A stretch of 64,000 nucleotides of DNA from Eledone cirrhosa (GCA_964016885.1 OZ024755.1:16926001-16990000); one strand, 5' to 3'. Positions 1 through 13,889 are shown, counted from the stretch's first letter. Notes: generated by a model from the letters alone, not told the origin. Numbers and translations are program-made.

Positions 1-141
1 ATCTACATTCACTTACATCTCTCTCTCCACCACCGGATCTTGTTACCCGGAGAATTACCCATCTGCATTGTTGAGGCTTCCAAAACGACCTAAAGAATAT
101 ATATCTTATTATTCCACAATGCTTCAAGCAAACTTCAATAC

Positions 142-530
142 TATCATCATCATCATCATCATCATCATTTTACGTCCGCTTTTCCCTGCTTGCAAGGGTG
201 GGACGGGTCTTATTCAGCACAGCATCTCTCCACTCGTCACGGTCCCTCGTCATCTCCACCGTGAGCTTCAATGATCTGAGGTCTGTTCTCACCACCTCCG
301 CCCATGTTTTTTGTGGTCTACCTCTACCACATCTTCCTTCAACTGGCATTTCCTGGCACTTCTTCACCCATCAGTCATCCTCCATGCGCATCACATGTCC
401 ATACCACCTCAGTCTCCTCTCCCGTACACTACATTCTATCCCTCTCAGACACAGTTTCTCTCTCAACACATTTATGCTGGGTCGTTCATGCACATTTACA
501 CTGCACATCCAACGGAGCATGCTTGCCTCA
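142..530 (-). mobile_element. RTE-clade LINE 3' fragment (family 1) with (ATG)n tail
   Basis: Minus-strand translation ...VEGRCGRGRPQKTWAEVVRTDL...RDRDEWR is the typical RTE ORF2 C-terminus, followed by a (GAT)n tail. Confidence 0.88.
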
Positions 531-796
531 TATATATGTTTATTTGTTTAATCAATTTAAGAATTCGAAGAAGCATCAAAATAGTGACCATTCTTCAGGT
601 GCTAATACGAGTTTATAAACTCATATTAACGCCTGAAGAAAGCTCATTCTTGTTTTCTGGAGATATGGTCTATTTGGGCCTTAAAACTTTGAGCAGCCCC
701 TTTGTTCTGCTTATGAACCCGAATAAATAATATTTCTGCCCTCTTCCCAATTGAGCACTGTTTTCCTTTTTCCTTTTCACAATTACAGATATTGCT

Positions 797-926
797 CGGG
801 CTTCCTGATAATTTCTCCCGAATGAAACAGTTCTAGTCCTGTAGAAGTCATTTCTATATTAAATATTTATACTCTATGTATTTAGTACCTTACTTACTGT
901 GGTTACCCCCAATTGAACCCGGGATA
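797..926 (+). mobile_element. Penelope-like terminal-repeat remnant with degenerate type I hammerhead (799-849)
   Basis: ggcttc-CTGATAA-tttctcccgaat-GAAACAG-ttctagtc-CTGTA-gaagtc; homologous inverted copy at 27773-27903. Confidence 0.6.
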
Positions 927-941
927 AACATATATATATAT

Positions 942-1258
942 GGAGGCACATTGTTTAGTGGTTAGAGCATTGGCCTTGCAATCGAAAGGTTGGGGGTTCA
1001 ATTCTCAGACCGGATGATGTGTTGTTTCCTTGAGCAAGACACTTTATTTCACATTGCTCCAGTTTACTCAGCTGTAGGGTCCCTATCATTCCACTGCAAA
1101 GTGGTCGTGGAGGTGCCACGGCAAAAAAGCACTCAGCACTCACTATAAATGAGGTTGGTGTTAGGAAGGGCATCCAGCTGTAGAAATCAAGCCAGAATCA
1201 GTTCCCGTCCCACCCTTGCAAGCAGGGAAAAGCGGACGTAAAATGAAATGATGATGAT
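942..1258 (+). mobile_element. SINE family B (tRNA-like head, CORE-like centre, RTE-derived tail)
   Basis: A/B-box-like head, ccttgagcaagacacttta centre, tail identical to the LINE end at 167-208. Confidence 0.9.
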
Positions 1259-1558
1259 ATATATTTTTAGATTTATATATAGATTTATTATGCTTAAAAA
1301 GTGAGTCTTGTTACTTCAGAGTTTCCCCTGCATACTCACAGAGTGGGTAGACAACCTGGCAACTCTGAGTACACAGGTGAAACTCTAGAGTAACTAAAAT
1401 CATGATTTAACCATAATAAATGAATGTTTAAACTCTACTTCGGTATCAAATTCTCTTTTCTCATCTCGGTCGTCAACTACATACATACATATATATATAT
1501 ATCTTGACGTTACATACATATATATACATACATATATACATACATACATATATATATA

Positions 1559-2270
1559 CATCTTGACGTTATAGTCGCATATATGTTATAGAATGCCGTT
1601 AGCTTCTTGCTAAAACAATCTCTATACCTCTCATTTATATTTATACTCGGATTCTTTTCCTAGAGTGCTTAAACTATCTGTGACTAATCCCGGTTTTTTT
1701 CATAAAAACTGTGATAATTATTGCTATTTTGCTGAACTCCTTTGTAGAGTTTTTTTTCAGAATGTATTTGACTGCTATTTCTTGTAAATAAACATTCACT
1801 TCCATCCTGACGTCACTAGCCCCGTTTTTTCCTCATGTGCTTTTTCATAAATACACATGAAGGCGAACTAGCCAGTTTTAGAATTCCCTTTTTCGGATTA
1901 TACTACTGTGAGAGCCCTGGTTTCTGTTGAGCTCTGCTGATGAATGAAATCCAACCGTGACCATCTCCACTGAAAGTTTTCATGAAATAGTCTTTTAAGA
2001 CTATACAGAGCATTTGATGTTATTCCAAATTGAAGGATAAGTGTTTCAAACTGTATTTTATCATGAGTTAAAGGTCTATAGATTTTTCCCTGGATTTTAC
2101 TAAATTCTGTGGATGAATTTATATCCTGATTCTCTTTTGAGATGAGTTTGAGTTATTTTTCCTAAATCTTTCGTTAACTACTTTTCCCATCTTGACGTTA
2201 TAGTCGCATATATGTTATAGAATGCCGTTAGCTTCTTGCTAAAACAATCTCTATACCTCTCATTTATATA
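1559..2270. repeat. About 80-bp direct repeat pair (1559-1640 and 2188-2269) bracketing about 550 bp
   Basis: catcttgacgttatagtcgc...cctctcatttatat occurs twice; a 12-bp start fragment also occurs at 1501. Confidence 0.85.
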
Positions 2271-2399
2271 TATATATATATATATATTTTGTCGTGACAC
2301 CCACACGACTACTTTATATATGTCAAGGACACACGAAACAAACAAACAAGAGGAAACAATAACATGAATTGTATTAGTTTCACGCTTGGAATATATATA

Positions 2400-3048
2400 T
2401 AAAAGCACCCAGCCCATACTGTAAAGTGGTCATGACAAAAAGCACACAGCCCACACTGTAAATGTGGTTGGCGTTAGGAAGGGCATCCAGCTGTAAAAAC
2501 CGAGTCAGAAACAGTTCTGTATCAGCAAGACAAGGTCACCTGACCCAACTTGCCTCTAATGGGACAACCCGTCTAACCCATGCTAGCATGGAAAATGGAC
2601 GTTAAACAATGACGATGATGATGATGATGATGAAATATATATGTATGTATCATCATCATCATCATCATTATCATCACCGTTTTACGTTCGTTCTTCCACA
2701 CTAGCATGGGTTAGACGGGTTGTCCTGTTGTGGGCAGTGTCCGGTTGGCTGACCTTGTGTTGCTCATACGGGAACTGATTCTGGCTTGATTTCCACAGCT
2801 GGATGCCCTTCCTAACACCAACCTCATTTACAGTGTAGGCTGGGTGCTATTTTTTGCCATGGCACCTCCACGACCACTTTGCAGTGGAATGATAGGGACC
2901 CCTGTCCCTATCATCTCATTTCTACAGCTGAGTAAACTGGAGCAATATGAAATAATGTGTCTTGCTCAAGGAAACAACACATCACCCGCTATGAGAACTG
3001 AACTCACAACCTTTCGATTGCAAGCCCAATGCTCTAACCACTAAGCCT
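2400..3048. mobile_element. Tail-to-tail pair: headless RTE-tailed SINE (+, 2400-2632) and SINE B variant (-, 2650-3048)
   Basis: Shared ttaggaagggcatccagctgt block and (GAT)n tails in opposite orientation. Confidence 0.8.
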
Positions 3049-3050
3049 TC

Positions 3051-3129
<79 letters not shown>

Positions 3130-3639
3130 CAATACCAGTAATGAACTGATAACTTTATTTATCAACCCTAAAGAAAAGATGAATAGAAAAGTTTACATCG
3201 GAGGGATGTAAACTATAGTATCCTCAGCACAGAGAAGAGCTGGAGTGAATACCACAAGGTATCTGATACTCTACCGACTCTGTCAATAGCTCACCTCTTC
3301 TGTCTATTTATACAACAACACACTGTAAAGTGATCATGTAGATGTCATGACAAAAAGCACACAGTCCACTCTGTAAATGTAGTTGGCGTTAGGAAAGGCA
3401 TCCAGCTGTAGAAAACCAGCCAGAAACACTCTGATATGAGCGAGACATGGTCACCCAACCTAACTTGCCTCTAAATAGGACAAACCCATCTAACCCAGTC
3501 TAGCTTGGAAGATAATGATGATACAAACAACACAAACGGACCATAAACATATATTTTGTTTCTTCAAATCTATTTTCAAGTCACATACACAAGAGAAAAT
3601 ATGAGTTCATACCTCCATATTGTCATATTGTCCTTTTGC

Positions 3640-5703
3640 ACCAGCTTCAATACACTCCTCTCTCTCCCCTCCCCCTCTCTCTCTACTCACTCCCCTTCCT
3701 CTCTCTCTCTACTCACTCCTTTCCACCATCTCTCTCTCTCTACTCTCTCCCTTCCACCCTCTCTCCTTCTCTCACTCTACTCTCTTCCTGCCACCCTCTC
3801 CCATTCTCTCACTCTACTCTCTTCCTGCCACCCTCTCCCATTCTCTCACTCTACTCTACTCTACTCTCTCTCTCTCTCTCTCTCCTACTCTCTCTCTTTC
3901 TACTCTTTCCTCCCTTTATTACATCTTATTTTCTCTCTTTACTCTCTCTGCTCAGTCTACTCTCTCTATATATCTACTCATTCTCTTTCTACTTTCTCTC
4001 TCTTTCCCTGTTCCTATTATTTCCCTCGGTGGATTGGCAGTATCGGTAGAGAGTCGGACGCCATGCTTTCCAGCATAGTTACGTCCCTTTACGGTCTGAG
4101 TTCAAATCCCGCCGAGGTTAACTTTGCCTTTCATCCTTACGGGGTCGATAAAATAAAGTACCAGTAATGCACTGGGTAATTGCTGGCCTTGTGTCAAAAG
4201 TAGAAACAATTATTTCTCTCTCTCTCACTCACTCTCTATTTATTTTACTTCTCTCTCTATTTATTCAACTCTCTCTCTCACTCACTCACTCGCAATTTAT
4301 TCAACTCTCTCTCTCTCTCTATTTATTCTACTCTTTCTCTCTCCCACTCACTCTCTATTTATTCTACTCTTTCTCTTTCCCACTCACTCTCTATTTATTC
4401 TACTCTTTCTCTCTCTCACTCACTCTCTATTTATTCTACTCTTTCTCTCTCTCACCCACTCACTATTTATTCTACTCTTTCTCTCTCCCACTCACTCTCT
4501 ATTTATTCTACTCTTTCTCTCTCCCACTCACTCTCTATTTATTCTACTCTTTCTCTCTCCCACCCACTCACTATTTATTCTACTCTTTCTCTCTCCCACT
4601 CACTCTCTATTTATTCTACTCTTTCTCTCTCTGACTCACTCACTCTCTATTTATTCTACTCTTTCTCTCTCTCCCTCTCTCTGTATTGATTCTTCTCTCT
4701 CTACGTATTCTCTCTCTCTCTACTTATCCTCTCTCTCTCTCTACTTATTCTACTCTCTCTCTATCTACTTAGCTCCCCTCCCCTCTCTGTACTTATTCTT
4801 TCTCTCTCTACTTATGCTCTCTCTCTCTCTCTCTCTCTTTACTTATTCAACTCTCTCTTCTCTCTCTCTGCTTATGCCACTCTCTCCCCTTTCTCTCTGC
4901 TTATGCCACTCTCTCCCCTTTCTCTCTGCTTATGCCACTCTCTCCCCTTTCTCTCTGTTTATTCCACTCTCTCCCCCTCTCTACTCTCTCCCCCTCTCTA
5001 CTTATCCTACTCTCTCCCCCTCTCTCTACTTATCCTACTCTCTCCTCCTCTCTCTACTTATCCTACTCTCCCCCCTCTCTCTACTTATCCTACTCTCCCC
5101 CTCTCTCTACTTATCCTACTCTCTCCCTCTCTCTCTACTTATCCTACTCTTTCCCTCTCTCTACTTACCTTACTCTCCACTCTCTCTTATTTTCTCCTTT
5201 TCCTATTCACTTCTTCAATCACCAATCACCCTCACCCCACTCTCTTCACTCTCTCTCATCCTTTGTCTTGCCCCCCTCCCCCACGCCTCCACTATCACAC
5301 CCACACATACACGCCCATGTTTTTCAAGTGCATCTATAGTTTTCTCAATACAATAACACAACACACCTACCAACCCCTCACCAACACACACACAACCATA
5401 CAGACAAACACACACACACACAGACATACACACACATTCACTGACACACATACATACATACATACATACACACACCACGCACGCACACTTAGACGCACAC
5501 ACACAGACAAATAAAGACACACCCACCTCTTACCAACATACACACACACACACACATATATACCAACACAACCACACACTCTCAAACATATATATATATA
5601 TATATAGATATATAGATATATGCATATACTCATACACACAAATATGTACAGACACACATGCGCACATATATACACACAAACAAAGACACACACACATATA
5701 TAT

Positions 5704-5740
<37 letters not shown>

Positions 5741-5921
5741 GATAGATGCATATACTCATACACACACACATACATACACACACACACACATACACACATA
5801 TATATATAGATAGATGCATATACTCTTACACACAAATATGTACAGACACACACATATATATATACACACACAACCAAAGACAGACAGACAGACAGACACA
5901 CACACACACACATACATATAT

Positions 5922-5990
<69 letters not shown>

Positions 5991-6067
5991 CACAGACAAA
6001 CAAACACACCCAATCATTATGTTTTATTTCTCACCTCTTTAGTTTATTAGGAGGCTGCAGGGGTGGT

Positions 6068-6114
<47 letters not shown>

Positions 6115-6187
6115 CCCCCCCCCACACACACACACATACACACACACATACCCCCCACGCACATACATACACACACACACATACACG

Positions 6188-6223
<36 letters not shown>

Positions 6224-6290
6224 CCCCCCCCCCCCCCCTCCACACCCATACCCCTCCCCATACACACACGTATATAAAAGAAACATACTC
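3640..6290. repeat. CT-rich and CA/TA-rich low-complexity block including a 36-bp minisatellite (about 4310-4670)
   Basis: Visible simple repeats; source of many spurious ORFs. Confidence 0.9.
4028..4214 (+). mobile_element. SINE family A (tRNA-like head, gcctttcatccttacggggtcgataaaataaagtaccag centre, aaacaattatt tail)
   Basis: About 190-bp unit repeated at least 15 times in the window; A-box-like tggcagtatcggtaga, B box gagttcaaatccc. Confidence 0.9.
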
Positions 6291-6450
6291 TGATCATAAT
6301 TATTATTGTGTTAAGGACTGTAGTGATGATGATGATTGTGTTTGTGATGATGATGATGATGACGTCACTGATGATAATTATTGCAAAGATGATGGTGGTG
6401 ATGATTGTGATGATGATGATGATAATGATAATGAGGGTGATGGGGGATAA

Positions 6451-7160
6451 TAATTGTTTCTACTATTGGCACAAGGCCAGCAGTTACCCCAGTGCATTAC
6501 TGGTACTTTATTTTATCGACCCCCCCGTAAGGATGAAAGGCAAAGTTAACCTCGGCGGGATTTGAACTCAGAATGGCAAGGGCCGTAACTCTATGCGTCA
6601 AAGCATGGCGTCCGACCCTCTACCGATACTGCCGATTCAGATAATAATGATGATGACGATGATGATGATAATGATTGTCAAGATGATTGTGTTCATGATT
6701 GTGTTCATGATGATGATGATGATTCTCAACATGATGATGATGATGATGATCACCCAAACTACAATGATAATAGCAGTTGTGGTGTTTTATTCCCTTTATG
6801 TTCTGAGTTCAAATCCTGCCGAGGTTAGTTCTGCCTTTCATCCTTACGAGAGTTAATAAAATAAAGTACCAGTAATGCACTGGGGTCAATTTAATTTGCC
6901 TTGTGTCTAAATCAGAAAGCATTATATCCAATGTCAGGGTGGAGGTTTGGCAGAATCGGTAGAGTGTCAGATAAAATGCTTTTGCACATTTTTGTTCAGG
7001 TTCTTTATATTCTATGTTCAAGTCCTGCCGAGGTTAACTCTGCCCTTCATCTTTACAGGGTAAATAACTAAAGTACCAGTTACACACTGGGGTCAATTTA
7101 ACCGATTTTCCCCTCTCCTTCAAATTATTGGCCTTGTGCCAGAATCAGAAACCATTATTA
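6451..7160. mobile_element. Cluster of three SINE A copies (6451-6637 minus; about 6790-6925 and 6938-7160 plus)
   Basis: Same conserved centre as 4028-4214. Confidence 0.85.
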
Positions 7161-7369
7161 CCTGTAATATTGATACAGGTGTTTGGTTTTGTTCTATTTT
7201 GTTGTTATTCCAATGTTTAATTCATATTTTACCTGTTGTTAGTACTCACCTGACACTGTGCTACACCTCTAATTTGGTTTTTAATATCTTCAGCTTCCCC
7301 TCCCCCTCCATCCTGCCCCTCTTTTCCTCCCTATACATAGCATACATAAACATAAATATGTATTCACAT

Positions 7370-8495
7370 ATGTCTATTAACATACACGCACACATATGCT
7401 AACACACAGACACAGTCACATACACATCTTCATATATGTTTATTAACATACACACACACATACGCTAACACACAAACACAGTCACATACACATCTTCATA
7501 TATGTTTATTAACATACACACACACATACGCTAACACACAAACACAATCACATACACATCTTCATATATGTTTATTAACATACACACACACATACGCTAA
7601 CACACAGACACAGTCACATACACATCTTCATATATGTTTATTAACATACACACACACATATGCTAACACACAAACACAGTCACATACACATCTTCATATG
7701 TTTATTAACATACACACACACACATATGCTAACACACAGACACAGTCACATACACATCTTCATATGTTTATTAACATACACACACACACATATGCTAACA
7801 CACAAACACAGTCACATACACACACATACGCTAACACACAAACACAGTCACATACACATCTTCATATATGTTTATTAACATACACACACACACATACGCT
7901 AACACACAAACACAGTCACATACACATCTTCATATATGTTTATTAACATACACACACACACATATGCTAACACACAAACACAGTCACATACACACACATA
8001 CGCTAACACACAAACACAGTCACATACACATCTTCATATATGTTTATTAACATACACACACACATACGCTAACACACAGTCACATACACATATTTACATA
8101 TGTTTATTAACATACACACACACACATATGCTAACACACAGACACAGCCACATACACATCTTCATATATGTTTATCAACATACACACACACACACACACA
8201 TATGCTAACACACAGACACATACACATATTCATATATTGATTTAGTCAGTTATGCTTCCGTGTACACACACTTACACATACACAGATTTATTAATATGCA
8301 CAGATTCATTTATAAACATACATATATATATGCACACACATATACATAAATACCTAGATACATACATACATACATACATATATATGCACACACAAATACA
8401 TACATACCTAGATACATACATACATATATATGCACACACAAATACATACATACCTAGATACATACATACATACATATATATGCACACACAAATAG

Positions 8496-8528
<33 letters not shown>

Positions 8529-8530
8529 CA
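7370..8530. repeat. AC-rich minisatellite of about 60-66 bp units, then ATAC-rich repeats
   Basis: Recurrent gctaacacacaaacacagtcacatacacatcttcatatatgtttattaac. Confidence 0.9.
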
Positions 8531-8589
8531 TCACCCTGTCACACCCTTGCAAGCAGGGAAAAGCGGATGTAAAATGATGATGATGATGA

Positions 8590-9368
8590 TCACAACCACA
8601 AACACCTTCATAACCATCATCTTTATCATCATTATCACCACTAGCACAACCACCACCACCACCACCATCACCACCACCATCACCATCACCACTACCTCCT
8701 TCAACCACCAACACCTTCACAACCATCATCTTTATCATCATTATCACCACCAGCACAACCATCACCACCACCACCATCACCATCACCACTACCTCCTTCA
8801 CCACCAACACCTTCACAACCATCATCTTTATCATCATTATCACCACAACCACCACCATCACCACCACCACCATCACCACTACCTCCTTCACAACCATCAT
8901 CTTTATCATCATTATCACCACCAGCACAACCACAACCACCACCACCACCATCACCATCACCACCATCACTACCTCCTTCACCACCAACACCTTCACAACC
9001 ATCATCTTTATCATCATTATCACCACCAGCACAACCACAACCACCACCACCACCATCACCATCACCACCACCACTACCTCCTTCACCACCAACACCTTCA
9101 CAACCATCATCTTTATCATCACCACCACCACCAGCACAACCACCACCACCACCACCACCACCACCACCACCACCACCACCACCATCACTACCTCCTTCAA
9201 CCACCAACACCTTTACAACCATCATCTTTATCTTCATTATCACCACTAGCACAACCACCACCACCATCACCACCACCACCTCCTTCATCGCCATCATCAT
9301 CATCATCATCACCACCACCTCCACCACTACCACCTTCATTCCCGTCATCACCACCACCATCACCATCT
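8590..9368. repeat. Cryptic (ACC/ATC)n minisatellite
   Basis: Recurrent caacaccttcacaaccatcatctttatcatcattatcacc; yields poly-His/Val/Gly pseudo-ORFs. Confidence 0.9.
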
Positions 9369-9566
9369 TATGTCTGCTTTTCCATGCTGGCATGGGTTCA
9401 ACAGGTTGTTGTGGTCAGAATCAGTTCTTATTTGGAGTTACTTCCCTTTTTTGAGTCAGCTGTACATTCCCTCTTTTGGCTTCATTTGAAGGCTAGGTGA
9501 TACCCTGCTTACCACCAACCACTTTATAGGGTGTACTGAATATCTTTTATGACAGTATCAGCACTA

Positions 9567-10600
9567 TAAAGACCTGAATGAGAGACATTATCTTGTACCC
9601 AGCAAAAATAGGGTGTACTGGGTACATTATATTAAGGGACCTGAATCAGAGATATTATCTTGTACCCAGCAAAAATAGGGTGTACTGGGTACATTATATT
9701 AAGGGACCTGAATGAGAGATATCTTGTACCCAGCAAAAATATGGTGTACTGGGTACATTATATTAAGGGACCTGAATCAGAGATATTATCTTGTACCCAG
9801 CAAAAATATGGTGTACTGGGTACATTATATTAAGGGACCTGAATCAGAGATATTATCTTGTACCCAGCAAAAATATGGTGTACTAGGTACATTATATTAA
9901 GGGACCTGAATCAGATATTATCTTGTACCCAGCAAAAATATGGTGTACTGGGTACATTATATTAAGGGACCTGAATCAGAGATATTATCTTGTACCCAGC
10001 AAAAATATGGTGTACTGGGTACATTATATTAAGGGACCTGAATCAGAGACATTATCTTGTACCCAGCAAAAATATGGTGTACTGGGTACATTATATTAAG
10101 GGACCTGAATCAGAGACATTATCTTGTACCCAGCAAAAATAGGGTGTACTGGGTACATTATATTAAGGGACCTGAATCAGAGACATTATCTTGTACCCAG
10201 CAAAAATAGGGTGTACTGGGTACATTATATTAAGGGACCTGAATCAGAGACATTATCTTGTACCCAGCAAAAATAGGGTGTACTGGGTACATTATATTAA
10301 GGGACCTGAATCAGAGATATTATCTTGTACCCAGCAAAAATATGGTGTACTGGGTACATTATATTAAGGGACCTTAATCAGAGACATTATCTTGTACCCA
10401 GCAAAAATAGGCGGTACTGGGTACATTATATTAAGGGACCTGAATCAGAGACATTATCTTGTACCCAGCAAAAATAGGGTGTACTGGGTACATTATATTA
10501 AGGGACCCGAATGAGAGACATTATCTTGTACCCAGCAAAAATAGGGGGTACTGGGTACATTATATTAAGGGACTTGAATCAGAGATATTTTCTTGTACCC
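9567..10600. repeat. 67-bp tandem repeat, about 15 copies
   Basis: aagggacctgaatcagagatattatcttgtacccagcaaaaatatggtgtactgggtacattatatt; internal 9-bp inverted repeat. Confidence 0.97.
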
Positions 10601-11071
10601 ATCAATATATCTAAATAAATCAATAAACATCATCTATATATGATATATATGTTTGTTGGCTGTGTGACAAAGTTACTGGCATTGAACCGTTCAAAGCACT
10701 CAATACTATTATGAGGTTCCATATTATATATACATATGTATATATATATATATTATATATACATATGTATATAAATATATATTATATATACATATGTATA
10801 TAAATATATATTATATATACATATGTATATAAATATATATTATATATACATATGTATATAAATATATATTATATATACATATATATTATATATACATATG
10901 TATATATATATATATTATATATACATATGTATATATATTTTCTTTTTTTTGTTTACACTTGTCTGTGTATATATGTATATATATATGTATATATATATAT
11001 ATATATTACATAATTTTATTATATATATTTATGATATGCATGTATGTGTGTATATAAACTTATAATTATTT

Positions 11072-11165
<94 letters not shown>

Positions 11166-11700
11166 ATATATATATATGCTTCATCTCTGAATAGAATTCA
11201 ATATGCTTGTAAACAACTAAAGCATAACACATTATTAATACTATTGTTGTTGCTGCTACTGCTGCTACTACTGCTAATAATGATGATGATGATGATGATA
11301 ATGTTGATTACTATTAAATTAGCAGAGCAGATGAATCACCTGTTGGACACAGGTGGACAAAGTGGGAGAACCTAAAGTGTTGGTTTTCATTACCTGTTGG
11401 ATATTAATACTAAAGATTAGTAACTGGTGGTGGTTCAACTTGCGAGAAATAGCAGCCAAATCTCCCTTAAATCATATCCTAGAAAAAAAAAAGAAAAAGA
11501 ATAACAACAAAAAATACACAAAGAAAACTTCTTATAGTGTTATCTTTATCAGTCTGCCTATCCCCCCCCCCCTATCTCTCTCTCTCTCTCTCTGTCTGAC
11601 TTTTTATCTCTCTATCTAACAATCTGTCTTGCTCACCCACACACATACATACATATATATATATAATACATATATATATATATATATATACATATATATA

Positions 11701-12062
11701 TGGTGGCTGCCAACTCGTTTTCGAGTACGGCCACTACTTTATATCCATGTAGGAGAACGCCTACCGATGCGCTGAACGAGTGTGACTTTTTAGTCCAGCC
11801 AACGACTTGAAAACTCTGGTACAAACACTACACTTGTGACAATTATTGACACAGTGCTGGACCCTTGGTACCATGTGACGACAACTGCAGAGAGATCTCC
11901 AGATATAAAGCAATGCCTGTGCCGTGAAGCTTTTATAGTGAGCAAAGGCACTGCACAAAGCCAGTCCCACATCATTGGATACCATCAGGGTTGCAGGTGT
12001 TATATCAAAGTTTTCCTTCTAGAATTTTGCCTTGACAAAGGCTAAGGGGTCATCTCTCCCGG
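11701..12062 (-). mobile_element. RTE-like LINE 3' fragment (family 2) with C-terminal C2H2 finger, within (TA)n
   Basis: Minus-strand CSVCTRVFKSLAGLKSHTRSAHR*; near-identical copy at 33154-33416. Confidence 0.75.
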
Positions 12063-12074
12063 ATATATATATAT

Positions 12075-12117
<43 letters not shown>

Positions 12118-12368
12118 ACATATATACACACACTTATTCATACACATATGTGTTTATAAACACTCACCTATATTTTTCTACTGCTTTCATATATTAATCC
12201 ATCTTTTTTCCCCCTCACTCTCTCTCTGATTCCCCCCCTCTATCTCTCTATCTTTTTCTTTCTCTGTTTCTCTTTCTATTTTCTGCCACATATACATACA
12301 CAAACACAATTTCACATACACACACACATACACAAATAAACACATACATACACACATACACACACACA

Positions 12369-12414
<46 letters not shown>

Positions 12415-12909
12415 TACATACATGCACATGTTTTTCTAGTGCATTTATATATCTGTTTACTTTCTCTCTATCTCTCTCCTCTCACTGTTCACTTTCACAC
12501 ACATGCACACATACTCAGACACACACCCACACACACATAAACACACACACACACATACACACACCCATACATATATATATTTATATACATACATAAATAT
12601 ATTCTAATGTACACACTTAACTGTATTACTTACACGGATGTGTTAAGGGGTATTGATGCTTGATTTGAACCAGTAAATATAAAAAAAAACAACTAAAAAC
12701 AGATACGTTACTACTACTACTACTACTACTACTACTATTACTACTACTAATATTACTACTACTGTTTTCTTTATTGACCACAAAGTGTTAATAAAATATA
12801 CATTAAGGACAGCCCAGGGTGGTACAATGTAGGTTTCTGTGTGTACAAATGAGTATAAAACAAAAGCAAAGGATGTAACAAAAAAAAAAACAAACAAAAA
12901 ACAAAACGA

Positions 12910-13535
12910 AAATTCCCAAATAGTGGGAGATTTCCGAGGATTACTTAGGGCGAAAGACCTCAAAAGCCACAGCCACTAATAATAATAAATTCTCAAATAT
13001 TGGGGAAACTTCCGAGGATTACTTATGGACATAGCACTCAAAAGCCACAGCCACTAATAATAATAAATTCCCCAATATTGGGGAAACTTCCGAGGATTAC
13101 TTATGGACATAGCACTCAAAAGCCACAGCCACTAATAATAATAAATTCCCCAATATTGGGGAAACTTCCGAGGATTACTTATGGACATAGCACTCAAAAG
13201 CCACAGCCACTAATAATAATAAATTCCCCAATATTGGGGAAACTTCCGAGGATTACTTATGGACATAGCACTCAAAAGCCACAGCCACTAATAATAATAA
13301 ATTCCCCAATATTGGGGAAACTTCCAAGGATTACTTATGGACATAGCACTCAAAAGCCACAGCCACTAATAATAATAAATTCCCCAATATTGGGGAAACT
13401 TCCAAGGATTACTTATGGACATAGCACTCAAAAGCCACAGCCACTAATAATAATAAATTCCCCAATATTGGGGAAACTTCCGAGGATTACTTATGGAGGA
13501 AGCCCTCAAAAGCCAGTCACCAATAATAATAATAT
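12910..13535. repeat. 78-bp tandem repeat, about 8 copies
   Basis: Unit contains the perfect palindrome ttccccaatattggggaa; explains the 26-aa periodic ORF 13000-13539. Confidence 0.97.
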
Positions 13536-13809
13536 CTAAGGATGCAGGTAATGGCTTGATGTTGATTTGGGCAGATTTTCTGGTTAAATAACATCAATGA
13601 CTGAGGTATCAAATTCAACATAATATTAATGGTAATAATAATAACAATTATCATTGTTATCATGTCCAGCATATCATCCTATTATCACTACCTACAACAG
13701 CAACAATTACATAAATGTCATTATAAAAATGCATTAGGCTATGGATTGCCACTGGATCTATGGATTTAACTGATCTATTGTAGATTACTATAACGATATT
13801 GGTTCAATA

Positions 13810-13873
13810 ATGGCTTTGTTTACTAACTTCTGTCAGGACAAAGCCTTCATAGCAAGGATTGACAATTTAAAAG
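13810..13873 (+). CDS. SYNE1: Nesprin-1-like, putative first coding exon (MALFTNFCQDKAFIARIDNLK+G); may instead begin at the acceptor before 13784
   Basis: ATG at 13810, in-frame stop upstream (13771), strong donor AAG|gtaggt in phase 1. Joins the next exon to give ...RIDNLK-DEQERVQKK, resembling the helix that precedes CH1 in spectrin-family actin-binding domains. No transcript evidence. Confidence 0.65.
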
Positions 13874-13889
13874 GTAGGTATTATAATTA

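Noticed and set aside
628-700. Degenerate hammerhead (CTGAAGA...AAAAC)
   Set aside because: Lacks G12 and a convincing stem I/III; too decayed to call.
8454-9500. Poly-His, poly-Val and Gly/Asp-rich ORFs
   Set aside because: Translations of an ACC/ATC cryptic repeat that is open in several frames.
9567-10600. CRISPR-like 67-bp periodicity with hairpin
   Set aside because: The entire 67-bp unit is repeated; there is no variable spacer.
11761-11985. Host C2H2 zinc-finger gene
   Set aside because: A single finger at the end of a frameshifted repeat present twice in the window; fits a LINE ORF2 C-terminus.
13000-13539. 179-aa ORF with 26-aa repeats
   Set aside because: A consequence of a 78-bp (multiple of 3) minisatellite; non-ATG start and no splice or domain support.
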